DNA of 64,000 nt from an uncultured Moraxellaceae bacterium (GCA_964491665.1 CAZBII010000005.1:2071-66070), one strand, 5' to 3'; positions 19,248 through 28,790 are shown, counted from the stretch's first letter. Program-made: numbers and translations. The notes: a model not told the origin generated them from the sequence alone.

Positions 19248-20186
19248 TCAGCTGATGCGGTGCAACAGCAATTGCCGCATCGGTTCCGGATCTTTCTGTT
19301 TCACGGTGGAATTCGCGGCCGGGAAATACCAGTTTTCCAGCCGCGACAGCCAGAAACGCAGCGCCGCATATGCCAGCATTTTTTTCCAGTATTTTTTTTC
19401 TGCCAGCGTCAGCACCCGCACTGATTCATAGCCTGCCAGCACCGCCTGCACGCGGCTTTCATCCAGCGTGCAATCCGGTTTGCTGCACCAGTCATTCACC
19501 AGTACTGCCAGATCATAGAGGAACAGATCGGTGCAGGCGTTGTAGAAATCAATGATGCCGGTCAGACGGTTGCCGTCGAATAAGGCGTTGTCATGAAACA
19601 GGTCGCCGTGGGTGATGCCGGTGGGCAGTTGTGCCAGCACCGGCCGATCCTGCTGCCAGTTCTGCACCTGTTGCTGCAGAAGATCGCGCTGGTCTGCCGG
19701 CAACAGCGGCGCGACTTTCTGCGCCACCTGCTGCCGCCACTGCGCCCCGCGATCATTGTCGCGCTGGTGTGAAAATCCACTGGAAGCCACATGCATGCGC
19801 GCCAGCGCGTCACCGATCACGCGGCATTGCTCCGCATTCGGTGTGACCGGATGTGTGCCGGAAAAACGCGGCACCAGCAGCGCCGGCTTTTCCTTCAGTG
19901 TGTGCATCGCCTGCTGCTGCCGGTCGCGCCAGGGCGACGGTACCGGCAAACCCTGCGCGGCCAGATACGTGGTCAGCGCCACGAAATAGGGCAGCCCTTC
20001 CGCGCCGCGCTCAAACAGCGTCAGCACCAGCGCATGCGGGTGACCCTGCGCATCTTCTGCATCGACAAAATAATTGGTGTTTTCGATGCCGGCTTCAGTG
20101 CCCCGCAGGCGCAGCAGTTTCACCAGTCCAAACTGATGCAGGAAGGCGCTGGCTTCCGCTTCACTGAGCGGTGTGTAGACGGCCAT
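19248..20186 (-). CDS. thrB: Homoserine kinase, Pseudomonas type
   Basis: MAVYTPLSEAEASAFLHQFGL...GIENTNYFV...ITHGDLFHDNALF (APH-fold kinase motif). Conserved pairing with the DUF2782 gene. Confidence 0.85.
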   Translation of the reverse strand: MAVYTPLSEAEASAFLHQFGLVKLLRLRGTEAGIENTNYFVDAEDAQGHPHALVLTLFERGAEGLPYFVALTTYLAAQGLPVPSPWRDRQQQAMHTLKEKPALLVPRFSGTHPVTPNAEQCRVIGDALARMHVASSGFSHQRDNDRGAQWRQQVAQKVAPLLPADQRDLLQQQVQNWQQDRPVLAQLPTGITHGDLFHDNALFDGNRLTGIIDFYNACTDLFLYDLAVLVNDWCSKPDCTLDESRVQAVLAGYESVRVLTLAEKKYWKKMLAYAALRFWLSRLENWYFPAANSTVKQKDPEPMRQLLLHRIS

Positions 20187-20206
20187 GCCGGCTCAGGCAG
20201 CGTGCG

Positions 20207-20509
20207 TCAGAATTTCACCAGCACCCACTCGGGCACCAGTATGCGGTCGGCGGCATCAACGATGAATTTGCCGGCGCCGTTGGGATCGATCAGGTTGTAG
20301 GGCTTGCCGGTTTTCGGAATCACGTGAATGCCGTAGATGCGGCCATTGATCTGGTGGATCTGCAGCACTTCATCCTGCTTCTCCACGATGGTGATTTTGG
20401 GTTCAGGCACGATGGCTTCCTCGCCCTCGCGGGGTTCCACCCGGGCCTGGGTCAGGGCCGGCAATGCCAGCAGCAGGCCGATCAGCAGCGGACGGAGCAG
20501 TGCATTCAT
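20207..20509 (-). CDS. DUF2782 domain protein (secreted)
   Basis: 100 aa with a signal peptide. The C-terminal ...ILVPEWVLVKF and the position next to thrB match Pseudomonas-like genomes. Confidence 0.7.
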   Translation of the reverse strand: MNALLRPLLIGLLLALPALTQARVEPREGEEAIVPEPKITIVEKQDEVLQIHQINGRIYGIHVIPKTGKPYNLIDPNGAGKFIVDAADRILVPEWVLVKF

Positions 20510-20841
20510 GGGAGCATCCTCAGAAATGGTTTGATTGACAACAGTTTAGCGCCGACAGCGCGATAGTGGGCGCGGGCAGGGTCAAAAGTTGCTACGATTC
20601 AGACGTGAAGGGTGATCGGACGATATCCCTTTGCAGTGTCAGGGCATAGCTTGCCAGATCCTGATTAAAGAAGGCATAACTTTTTTGAAATCATAAGGTT
20701 ATGCCTGGCAGGCGGGTCGCTGGCGGGGGGTGTATCGGGAACTGTGACTTTATGGTTAAATTGTCGCCCTCCCCGGAATGCCCGGTCTCTGGCAACAGGG
20801 TTCGTGATGGGTGGAAGTAGCCTTAGCAAAAGGTCCGCACT

Positions 20842-22503
20842 ATGACAGACAAGCCACGATATGCCGAAGCCAGCATGGACGCCATGTACCGTATCTTCAC
20901 GGTACCGGAAGCGCCGGATTCCACGCTGGGAAAAATCGACCAGAAGCTGTCGCAGAACCTGGCGGGCTTTCTGTCTGAACACATCGTTGCCGTCGAGAAG
21001 GATCTGGCGGATCTGGAGCAGGATTTTCTCGATTCCCGCATTCCGCAAAAACCCATTTTCGTCTCCGATCAGGCCGATTTCCTGATGGAAAAGGTGGTGG
21101 CGCAGTCGGTGCACACCGCGTCGCCCAGCTTCATCGGTCACATGACCTCCGCGCTGCCCTACTTCATGCTGCCGCTGTCGCGCATCATGATGGCGCTGAA
21201 CCAGAACCTCGTGAAAATCGAAACCTCCAAGGCCTTCACGCCCATGGAGCGGCAGGTGCTGGGCATGATCCACCGTCTTATTTACGAACAGGACGACGCC
21301 TTTTACACGCGCTGGATGCACAAGCCCGGTCATTCGCTCGGTTCCTTCTGTTCCGGCGGCACCATCGCCAACATGACCGCGCTGTGGGTGGCGCGCAACC
21401 AGAAATTCGGCGTCACGGACAAATTCCGCGGCATCCAGCGCGAAGGCATTCACGGCGCGCTGAAGCATTACGGCTACAACGGTGCAGCGGTGCTGGTGTC
21501 CGAGCGCGGTCACTATTCGCTGGGCAAGGCCGCTGATGTGCTCGGAATCGGTCGTGACTTCATGGTGACGATCAAGACCGACAATAAAAACAAGGCCCGC
21601 ATTCCCGAACTGAAAGAGCAGATCAAGCGTCTGCAGGGCGAGAACGTGGCGATTTTTGCCATCGTCGGCGTCGCCGGCACGTCCGAGACTGGCAGTGTCG
21701 ACCGGCTGGATGAAATGGCCGACATTGCGCAGGAAATTGGCGTGCATTTCCATGTGGACGCGGCCTGGGGTGGTCCCACCCTGTTCTCGAAAAAATACCG
21801 GCATATTCTGAAAGGTGTCGAGCGCGCCGATTCCGTCACCATCGACGCCCACAAGCAGATGTACGTGCCGATGGGCGCCGGCATGGTGCTGTTCCGCGAT
21901 CCCACCCTGGTGTCGGCCATCGAGCATCACGCCGACTACATCATCCGCAAGGGCTCCAAGGACCTGGGCAGCTACACGCTGGAAGGTTCCCGTCCCGGCA
22001 TGGCGATGCTGGTGCAGTCGGGGCTGAAAATCATCGGCCGCGACGGCTATGAAATCCTGATGGATCAGGGCATCGAAAAGGCGCGGCTGTTTGCCGACAT
22101 GATCAAGGCGGACCGGGAATTCGAACTGATCACCGAGCCGGAACTGAACATTCTCACCTACCGCTATCTGCCGGAATTCGTGCGCGCCAAACTGGCGGTG
22201 GCGAGCAAGACGGAAGTGGAAGCCATTCAGGAAGTGATGAACCGCCTGACCCGTCGCATCCAGAAAACCCAGCGGGCGCGCGGCAAGTCGTTTGTGTCGC
22301 GTACCACCCTGATGCCGGAAGAATACGACCGCTGCCGCACGATTGTTTTCCGCGTGGTGCTGGCCAATCCGCTCACCAATCACCAGATCCTGCAGGACGT
22401 GCTGACGGAACAGAAGCAGATCGCCCGCGACAGCGACTGTGCCGGCCTGATGGCGGAACTGCACGCGCTTTGCGAGCCGCCGCGTCACGCCCAGGCGGGC
22501 TGA
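20842..22503 (+). CDS. PLP-dependent group II decarboxylase (PanP-type putative aspartate 1-decarboxylase-like)
   Basis: 553 aa. Blocks SGGTIANMTALWVAR and the Lys motif VTIDAHKQMYVPMGAGMVLFRDP are present. Confidence 0.75.
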   Translation: MTDKPRYAEASMDAMYRIFTVPEAPDSTLGKIDQKLSQNLAGFLSEHIVAVEKDLADLEQDFLDSRIPQKPIFVSDQADFLMEKVVAQSVHTASPSFIGHMTSALPYFMLPLSRIMMALNQNLVKIETSKAFTPMERQVLGMIHRLIYEQDDAFYTRWMHKPGHSLGSFCSGGTIANMTALWVARNQKFGVTDKFRGIQREGIHGALKHYGYNGAAVLVSERGHYSLGKAADVLGIGRDFMVTIKTDNKNKARIPELKEQIKRLQGENVAIFAIVGVAGTSETGSVDRLDEMADIAQEIGVHFHVDAAWGGPTLFSKKYRHILKGVERADSVTIDAHKQMYVPMGAGMVLFRDPTLVSAIEHHADYIIRKGSKDLGSYTLEGSRPGMAMLVQSGLKIIGRDGYEILMDQGIEKARLFADMIKADREFELITEPELNILTYRYLPEFVRAKLAVASKTEVEAIQEVMNRLTRRIQKTQRARGKSFVSRTTLMPEEYDRCRTIVFRVVLANPLTNHQILQDVLTEQKQIARDSDCAGLMAELHALCEPPRHAQAG

Positions 22504-22514
22504 AAAGCGCTGGT

Positions 22515-23138
22515 TTACCGGGGGCTGGCCATCAGCCAGTCCACCACCTTCGTTGCCACTTCGTCCAGAATGATCGCCACACTCAGCCCCGGCGGCGGCA
22601 TCAACGCCAGCTGCAGCAGGGCGGCGGCGGTCATGCTGCCAATCAGGTACAGGGTCTCCGGTGACGGATTGACGGGGTGTTCGAGCCGGGTCATGCCGGC
22701 GCCCCGGAAAATCAGCCGGAACAGCTCCGCCCGCAGGGCCTGCATGGCGGGAATCTCATGAATGAAGGGCACCTGGAACAGCAGCACCTGCAGCAGTTCC
22801 CGCCGCTCGCAGGTCATCTCGTACAGGCTCTGCACGAACTGGCGCATGGCTACCCGCAGGTTCGGGTTGTCTGCCCGGTGTAGCGCCGCCTCGATCTCCT
22901 GCAGGCTGGAGGCCACGGCCTGGGTGGCCACTGCCGCCACGATGGCCTCCTTGCCGGGAAAGTATTCATACACCGACCCGATACTGACCCCCGCCCGTTC
23001 CGCCACCGCATTGGTGGTCAGGCCCCCCAGTCCATCCTGTATCAAAATCTGAGCAGCTGCCTGAATAATCGCCTGTACCGTGGCTTGCGCGCGCGCCTGC
23101 TTTGGCTGCTTTTTCTGTTTTATATCAATTGGTTGCAT
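22515..23138 (-). CDS. TetR/AcrR family transcriptional regulator (paralogue A)
   Basis: HTH block TTNAVAERAGVSIGSVYEYFPGKEAIV. ATG at 23138 (MQPIDIKQKKQPKQARAQ...); the listed start 23147 is a GTG. Confidence 0.8.
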   Translation of the reverse strand: MQPIDIKQKKQPKQARAQATVQAIIQAAAQILIQDGLGGLTTNAVAERAGVSIGSVYEYFPGKEAIVAAVATQAVASSLQEIEAALHRADNPNLRVAMRQFVQSLYEMTCERRELLQVLLFQVPFIHEIPAMQALRAELFRLIFRGAGMTRLEHPVNPSPETLYLIGSMTAAALLQLALMPPPGLSVAIILDEVATKVVDWLMASPR

Positions 23139-23254
23139 GTTTCTCACAAGCCTGCTCCGGGCGTTTTTGATATCCGAGTTTTTCTGAATATTTGCTCAGT
23201 TTATGATGCTGTACCTCTTTCGTAAAACAATCGCATTAAAAGAAGGTATTGCAG

Positions 23255-24154
23255 ATGACGACGCCCGCCCCCCATGCCGTAGAGATTGCGGCCAACGCCA
23301 AAACCGCTCCCATCCAGACCCAGTGGGAGCACCACACTTCCAGGGAACTGGATGATGCCATTCCCGGCTGCCTGGACAGCATCGGACTGCTGGCTGGCGT
23401 GGCCAACACCATCATGCAGCTGGCGCACCCGGGGGTGGGTTATGGCGTGATCGAAAGCCGGGTGACGTCCGGTTCCCTGCTGCATCATCCGTTCAAGCGC
23501 ACCCGCACCACCCTGACCTATCTGGCGGTGGCCCTGCATGGCACTACCGAGGAAAAACTGGCCTACCGCAAGTCCATCAGCCGCGCCCACGCCCAGGTAA
23601 CGTCCACCGAGACGTCGCCGGTGCAGTACCGCGCGCTGGACCCGGAGCTGCAGATGTGGGTGGCGGCGTGCCTGTTCTGGGGCCACCTGGATGTGTACGA
23701 GAAATTCCGTGGTCCGATGACGCGGGCGCAGCTGGAGGAGTTCTACGAGTACGCCAGACCGCTGGGCACCACATTGCAGGTGCGTCCGGACATGTGGCCC
23801 AAGGACATCGACGCGTTCTGGCAGTACTGGGATGCGCAGCTGGACAGGATGCAGATGGATGACACCGTACGCAAATGGCTGACCCAGCTGATGGATCTGA
23901 GTTTCATGGGGCCGGCGGTGAGTGTGCCGATGGGCCGGTTTGCCCGGCTGATGACGGGTGGTTTCCTGCATCCGAAAATCCGCGCGCAGATGCACATCGA
24001 GTGGACGGAAAAAAATGAGCGCGATTTCCGCCGCATGGTGCGTCTGCTGGGTGGCGTCAACAAGCGCCTGCCGCGCGCCGTACGCCAGCTGCCCACCAAT
24101 GCGCTGCTGTGGGATTTCCGCCGTCGCCTGAAGAACAATCTGCCGCTGAACTGA
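23255..24154 (+). CDS. DUF2236 / MpaB-family oxygenase (paralogue 2)
   Basis: The listed start 23249 is TTG. ATG 23255 has AGAAGG 8 nt upstream. Blocks IMQLAHPGVGYGV and HHPFKRTRTTLTYL are present. Confidence 0.7.
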   Translation: MTTPAPHAVEIAANAKTAPIQTQWEHHTSRELDDAIPGCLDSIGLLAGVANTIMQLAHPGVGYGVIESRVTSGSLLHHPFKRTRTTLTYLAVALHGTTEEKLAYRKSISRAHAQVTSTETSPVQYRALDPELQMWVAACLFWGHLDVYEKFRGPMTRAQLEEFYEYARPLGTTLQVRPDMWPKDIDAFWQYWDAQLDRMQMDDTVRKWLTQLMDLSFMGPAVSVPMGRFARLMTGGFLHPKIRAQMHIEWTEKNERDFRRMVRLLGGVNKRLPRAVRQLPTNALLWDFRRRLKNNLPLN

Positions 24155-24187
24155 GGTCGCGCGCTGCTGCGCCGGCAGCACAACCGG

Positions 24188-24225
24188 GAAAGAGGTAAAA
24201 CGCCAGCGCGGGTTTTACCTCTTTC
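24188..24225. terminator. Bidirectional terminator-like hairpin between convergent genes
   Basis: 14-bp perfect stem GAAAGAGGTAAAAC (24188-24201) / GTTTTACCTCTTTC (24212-24225). A second small hairpin, TGCTGC-GCCG-GCAGCA, lies just upstream. Confidence 0.6.
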
Positions 24226-24246
24226 TGCAGGCGCGCAGGTGATGCG

Positions 24247-26391
24247 TTACGATGCGGCGCGTTCGGTTGCGCCGCCGGGCGTCACCTGCACCGGAATGCC
24301 GGTCATGAACGCCTGGTTGCTCAGCTTCTCGTAACTGCCCGGTCCGGTGGGCAGCAGCTCATTCACGTTGGTGCCGGGATAGCGGTGTGCCACCGACAGT
24401 CCCGGTGTGCGCTGATTGCCCCAGCCGTGCGTCATGGCCACGGTGCCGGGGCGCAGCGAGTCATCCAGTTTCACGCGCGCGGTAATTTCACCCCACGGGC
24501 TGCGCACGCTGACAGTCTGATCTTCCTGCAGGTTGTGCTGCTGCGCGTCCTGCGGCGAGATGTGCAGCGGATTGAACTGCTGGCCCGGACGTTTCAGCAC
24601 CGTCAGATTCTGGAACCAGCTGTTGTGCATGTAGTTGGTGCGCAGGCTGATCAGTTTCAGCTGCTGCACGTTTTCATTCTGCAGCTCGGCAAAAATTTCG
24701 TGCGCCCGGGCGATGGCCTCGGCGAACAGCGGCGGACAGCAATCCACTTTTTTCGATTCGGTCTGCACCCAGTCGGAATAGAAACGGCCCAGCGGAATCG
24801 GCGGCAGCACGGCAGTGTGATGCGGTGCGGTGCGCAGCGTTTCCACACTGAGATCGGCGTAACGCAGCATGCGGTTCATGCGCTCATACAGCGCGCCCTC
24901 GCCGCCCTGATCGAACAGCGACGGCAGCCCCAGCGCCTGCTGCACCTTATTCAGAATCCACCATTCCTCCCTGCGTTCGAACTGCGCCGGCACCACCGCG
25001 TCGGTGAACTGCACGAACGGTTGCTGCTGCATGCCCAGACCGCAGATGTTCAGATCGCTGCGTTCCAGCATGTCGGTGCAGGGCAGCAGGTAGTCGGCCA
25101 TTTCACCGGTGGCGTTGCGGAACAGATCGAGCACGATGATCAGTTCCAGCTGGGAAAACGCTTCGCGCATGCGCGACTCGCCGCCCACCGACAGCAGCGG
25201 ATTGCCCGCCAGCACCACCAGCGCCTTTACCGGATTGTTCGGCGTGGTGATCATGTCCGGCAGCAGATTGCCGGGCAGTGCGCCGCGAATCAGGCGCAGT
25301 TCGCCGAATTCGCTGTTGAAAAAAATCTGCGGCGATTTCAGGCGGCCGGCCTTGGCGGCGGGATAGAAACCGAGGGAATACAGATTGCCGCCGGCGCGAT
25401 CCAGATTGCCGGTGACGAACGCCAGCATGTGCAGCAGCCAGTAGCACAGCGTGCCCTGGCGTCCCATGTTGACGCCGGTGGACATGTGCACGCAGGCAGA
25501 GGGCGCGCGCCCAAAATCCAGCGCCATCTGTTTTATTTCTGCAGCAGGAATGCCGGTGACGCCGGCGACCGCGTCGGCGGAATAGGGTTTGATGAACGCG
25601 CGCAGGCCATCGATGTGTTCGCCGTGTTCGGCAATGATTTTTTCGTTGAACAGTTGCGCCGCATCCAGTTCATGCAGCAGCGCTGCCATCAGGTAAAGAT
25701 CGGTGTCGGGCTTGATTGCCACCCAGTCGCCGGTGGCGGCGGAAATGGATTCAATGCGACGCGGATTGATGAACTTGATGGTGGCGCCGCGCTTGCGGGC
25801 GCTGCGAAATTTTTCCATCGGGTTGGCCATCGACACGAAACTCATGTGCGACACCTTGGGATTCTCGCCGAAGATCAGCGCGTAATGGGTGCGCTCGAGA
25901 TCGGGCACCGGGTGCAGCGTGCTGCTGCCGAAAACCGCTTCGCTGCCGGCGAATTTGTTGGAACAGTCCTGCGTGCCGGAAGTGAAGATGCGGAAGCAGC
26001 CCAGCGACGTGAAAAAGTTTTCCAGCGCCTGCGTGCCCAGCGCATTGAACGCGGTGGGGTTGCCGATGTAGCCGGCAATGGCGCCGGGGCCGTACTTTTG
26101 CTGCAGGTCTTGCAGACGGGTGGCAACTTCGCTGATCGCAGTGTCCCAGGTGAGGGTTTCAAAGCGGCCGGTTTCCGTGCGCGCGGATACCCGTTTCAGC
26201 GGCTGGTTGAGCCGATCCGGATCATGATGGATGTCGATGAAATTCAGGCCCTTGTGACAGGCGAATCCGCGGGTGACGGGATGTTCGCGGTCGGGCAGCA
26301 GGCGGGTGGCGCGGCCGTTGTCGATCTCGGCGATCAGGCTGCAGGAGGGTTCACACACGCGGCAGAAGGTGGTTTTTGTTGTCGTGGTCAT
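24247..26391 (-). CDS. Molybdopterin-dependent oxidoreductase (MopB superfamily), apparently cytoplasmic
   Basis: Start re-picked at ATG 26391 (GAGAGGAAA upstream), giving MTTTTKTTFCRVCEPSCSL... with CxxCxxxC...C Fe-S motifs. The C-terminal molybdopterin-binding barrel block is SPWGEITARVKLDDSLRPGTVAMTHGWG. No twin-arginine leader. Confidence 0.8.
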   Translation of the reverse strand: MTTTTKTTFCRVCEPSCSLIAEIDNGRATRLLPDREHPVTRGFACHKGLNFIDIHHDPDRLNQPLKRVSARTETGRFETLTWDTAISEVATRLQDLQQKYGPGAIAGYIGNPTAFNALGTQALENFFTSLGCFRIFTSGTQDCSNKFAGSEAVFGSSTLHPVPDLERTHYALIFGENPKVSHMSFVSMANPMEKFRSARKRGATIKFINPRRIESISAATGDWVAIKPDTDLYLMAALLHELDAAQLFNEKIIAEHGEHIDGLRAFIKPYSADAVAGVTGIPAAEIKQMALDFGRAPSACVHMSTGVNMGRQGTLCYWLLHMLAFVTGNLDRAGGNLYSLGFYPAAKAGRLKSPQIFFNSEFGELRLIRGALPGNLLPDMITTPNNPVKALVVLAGNPLLSVGGESRMREAFSQLELIIVLDLFRNATGEMADYLLPCTDMLERSDLNICGLGMQQQPFVQFTDAVVPAQFERREEWWILNKVQQALGLPSLFDQGGEGALYERMNRMLRYADLSVETLRTAPHHTAVLPPIPLGRFYSDWVQTESKKVDCCPPLFAEAIARAHEIFAELQNENVQQLKLISLRTNYMHNSWFQNLTVLKRPGQQFNPLHISPQDAQQHNLQEDQTVSVRSPWGEITARVKLDDSLRPGTVAMTHGWGNQRTPGLSVAHRYPGTNVNELLPTGPGSYEKLSNQAFMTGIPVQVTPGGATERAAS

Positions 26392-26708
26392 GGGGCATTT
26401 CCTCTCTGTAACGGGGCCGGCCAGTGCGGACGGGCACCCGATTATTCCCGGTAATAAAACGTACAAACCTGCCAATCGGCCCATGTTATTGCGCTGTATT
26501 GAGGGTTGCCAGTGCCCGAAGCGACAGATTGTGGGTCTGGCCTGGGCGCGGGTCTCCGGTGGCCGGTTTCTGTCACAAGTGACCCATTCGTTGCATGCCG
26601 GAGGATGGCCTTGGAGGAACCGGCCATGGTGGTCGCACGGACCTTCCTGATATTCTGCCGGCGCACTGCGACTCTGTTCCGTCATGATCTGCACAAGGAT
26701 GTATCTGC

Positions 26709-27482
26709 ATGAAGATTTCTCCCCGCAAATGGCTCACCTGTTTTCAGGTACGCCCCGCCGCTGCATTCAACCTGATCCTGTTTCCGTTTGGTGGTGGCGG
26801 TGCGTCGGCCTACCGCGAGCTGGCCCTGCAGTTGCCGGCGCACATCCAGGCCTGGGCGGTGCAGCTGCCGGGGCGGGAAAGCCGGTTTGCCGAGCCGTTC
26901 TGCGCCGATCCGCTGACGGTGGTGCGTGCGGTGGCGGACGAAATCGACGCGCTGCAATTGCACAACCCGGTGTTTTTCGGTCACAGCATGGGATCGGATC
27001 TGGCGGTGCTGAGTATTTTTCAGCGCCTGCAGCAGGGATTGCCGCTGCCGCCCGTGTTGATGGTGTCGGGCAACAAGCCGCCCTGTCTGCCGCTGGTGCG
27101 ACGGCTGGCTGATGCCAGTACGGCAGACCTGCTGCAACAGTTGCGCAGCTTCGGCGGCATCCCGGCAGAAGCACTGGCCGATCCGGAATTCACCGAACTG
27201 TATCTGCAGAAAATCCGCGCCGATTACCGCCTGTATGAAGCGGTGGGTGATGTGATGCCACCATCGCAGGCACTGGATCTGCGCCTGCTGGTAGTGAATG
27301 GCGCGGACGATCCACTGCTGCGGAATGTCGATCTGCAGCAGTGGCAGCAGTATTCCCGTCACCCCGTGGTTTTCCACACGCTGGGGCATGGTCATTTCTA
27401 TCTGCAATCGACAGCGGCGGAACTGGCGCAACTGCTGGCGCGCCATCTGGACGCTGCCACATCTCGCGCCGTGTACCCGTAG
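26709..27482 (+). CDS. Type II thioesterase (alpha/beta hydrolase)
   Basis: LILFPFGGGGASAYRELA and the nucleophile elbow FFGHSMGSDLA are typical of stand-alone thioesterases associated with NRPS/PKS. Confidence 0.8.
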   Translation: MKISPRKWLTCFQVRPAAAFNLILFPFGGGGASAYRELALQLPAHIQAWAVQLPGRESRFAEPFCADPLTVVRAVADEIDALQLHNPVFFGHSMGSDLAVLSIFQRLQQGLPLPPVLMVSGNKPPCLPLVRRLADASTADLLQQLRSFGGIPAEALADPEFTELYLQKIRADYRLYEAVGDVMPPSQALDLRLLVVNGADDPLLRNVDLQQWQQYSRHPVVFHTLGHGHFYLQSTAAELAQLLARHLDAATSRAVYP

Positions 27483-27497
27483 CGCCGTGTGCCAGGC

Positions 27498-27540
27498 GGA
27501 AAAGCGCGCTCAGGCAATGTGCCGGAACGCGCGCTTTTCC
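27498..27540. terminator. Long hairpin spanning the junction of two convergent genes
   Basis: 12-bp perfect stem GGAAAAGCGCGC (27498-27509) / GCGCGCTTTTCC (27529-27540) with a 19-nt loop. The loop begins with the stop codon of the minus-strand gene, and the 3' arm lies inside that CDS. There is no U-tract. Confidence 0.35.
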
Positions 27541-28601
27541 GGATTCGGGTCCAGATTGTCCTGGATTGCTTTCTGCAGCAGACGGAAGTTCAGTTTCTCA
27601 CTGAGTTTGTCCACGCCGGGCACGTGGTAGTGCGCCAGCGTGGCGGCCCTGTTGGCGGCGCGGTACAGCTTCAGCGCCTGCTTCCACATTTTGTGTTGTG
27701 GCAGCTGGTAGGCGTCCGCCAGTTCTTCGCCCAGACACAGCCGGCTCAGTTCATACAGCAGTTCCGCCGGCAGGTTGAACGGCGGCTGGCCCGCCAGCGC
27801 GGTGATCACGGCATGGGCCAGCTGGCGGCTTTCCTCGTTGGGATTGCGCTGACGGTCGCGGATGCGTTCGTACAGGTAGATTTCCTCTTCCAGCGATTCG
27901 GTGATCAGGTACTCGTCGACGCCGTTCAGGTAGGCGCCGTAGCGCCACAGGTGATGCAGCGCATCCTGATCATCCTTCTTCAGTTCTGCGCCCATGCGCT
28001 GCATGCCGCGCTGTGCCAGATAGTCGAACTCGATGATGGTGAAGGCCATGTCTTCCTGGTTGATGGGCTCGTCGTACAGCGCCACGTCCCAGCCGCGACC
28101 GCGCAGATACTTGCGCACCATGGCGTGCAGCAGGCGCACTTCCATGATGGTGCGATGGCCGGCGGCGCCGGGCTTGAGGCCGCCGGGCACGTTCATGTTG
28201 TGGCTCATCTGCGAGGTTTCATAGATGCGTTTCAGCACGTCCTGATGCAGGCGGCCGGTGGCGATCAGCACGTGGGCGGCCTTGCTGAGGGAATAGCCTT
28301 CCACCAGGCTGCTCACCAGCAGCGAGGTGGCGCGCACGTTGGCGAAGGCCAGGCTGACCCGGCGGGCGTGTTCGATGCGGTCCCAGTCCACCCAGCGCGG
28401 CACGCTGTGGGCGTGGTCGACATAGGCCTGGAACGGGCCGCCTTCGGTTTTGGCGCGGGCGTACACTTCGTCGATCATGGCGGAGGGGCGCTGGCGGTCG
28501 ATCAGCGCGGCCACGTTGTCGGCAATGGGGTCGCAGGTGTGGCGCAGGCGGTTCATGTGCAGGTCGGAATACTTTTCCTGCCAGACGGGATTGACGCTCA
28601 T
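27510..28601 (-). CDS. DUF2236 / MpaB-family oxygenase (paralogue 3, divergent subfamily)
   Basis: Start re-picked at ATG 28601 (GGAG upstream). Blocks VPRWVDWDRIEHARRV, AHVLIATGRL, HRTIMEVRLLHAMVRKYL and EPINQEDMAF are typical of DUF2236. Confidence 0.65.
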   Translation of the reverse strand: MSVNPVWQEKYSDLHMNRLRHTCDPIADNVAALIDRQRPSAMIDEVYARAKTEGGPFQAYVDHAHSVPRWVDWDRIEHARRVSLAFANVRATSLLVSSLVEGYSLSKAAHVLIATGRLHQDVLKRIYETSQMSHNMNVPGGLKPGAAGHRTIMEVRLLHAMVRKYLRGRGWDVALYDEPINQEDMAFTIIEFDYLAQRGMQRMGAELKKDDQDALHHLWRYGAYLNGVDEYLITESLEEEIYLYERIRDRQRNPNEESRQLAHAVITALAGQPPFNLPAELLYELSRLCLGEELADAYQLPQHKMWKQALKLYRAANRAATLAHYHVPGVDKLSEKLNFRLLQKAIQDNLDPNPEKRAFRHIA

Positions 28602-28790
28602 GGGACTACTCCGGTGCTCAGAAGGCGGTTGCGAATGCAGAGGCATCCACCATAATACAAGTAGTTACTTACATTAAACTTGGTTTTGCGGGAGCGGGCA
28701 GTGGCAGCGGCAAAGAAGGCAGGTAAAGGCCAGGGGAAACCGGCTGGCACGGAGGGCAAGAGGGGCGCCCGGCGGACCAGCGGCCAGCGG

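Noticed and set aside
20672-20706. 9-bp inverted repeat AGGCATAAC-N17-GTTATGCCT in the lower-GC 330-nt region between the DUF2782 gene and the PLP decarboxylase gene. The decarboxylase also sits where polA lies next to DUF2782/thrB in Pseudomonas.
   Set aside because: The arms are short with a long spacer and there is no second copy or associated regulator. The synteny difference alone is not informative without related genomes.
26392-26694. N-terminal extensions offered by the ORF track. They include the molybdoenzyme from 26694, the SDR gene from 33570, alpha-E from 7106, ggt from 47776, ATP-grasp from 41009 and GGDEF-EAL from 46739. Also affected are ALDH from 13200, blc from 34359 and others.
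   Set aside because: In each case an internal ATG with a Shine-Dalgarno sequence gives the canonical family N-terminus or signal peptide. The extra residues are compositionally odd or overlap neighbouring genes or repeats.
26392-26708. Possible Moco riboswitch or other leader RNA in the 317-nt divergent region upstream of the molybdoenzyme gene.
   Set aside because: I could not recognise the conserved Moco-motif elements by eye, and a covariance-model search (Rfam RF01055) would be needed. Without it this is only a long intergenic region.
28680-28790. TTG-initiated Lys/Gly-rich 37-aa N-terminal extension of the second TetR regulator.
   Set aside because: The paralogous TetR (22515..23138) begins at the equivalent of the internal ATG 28791 (both start M.Q..KQPKQ...). 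The extension would consume the whole divergent promoter region.
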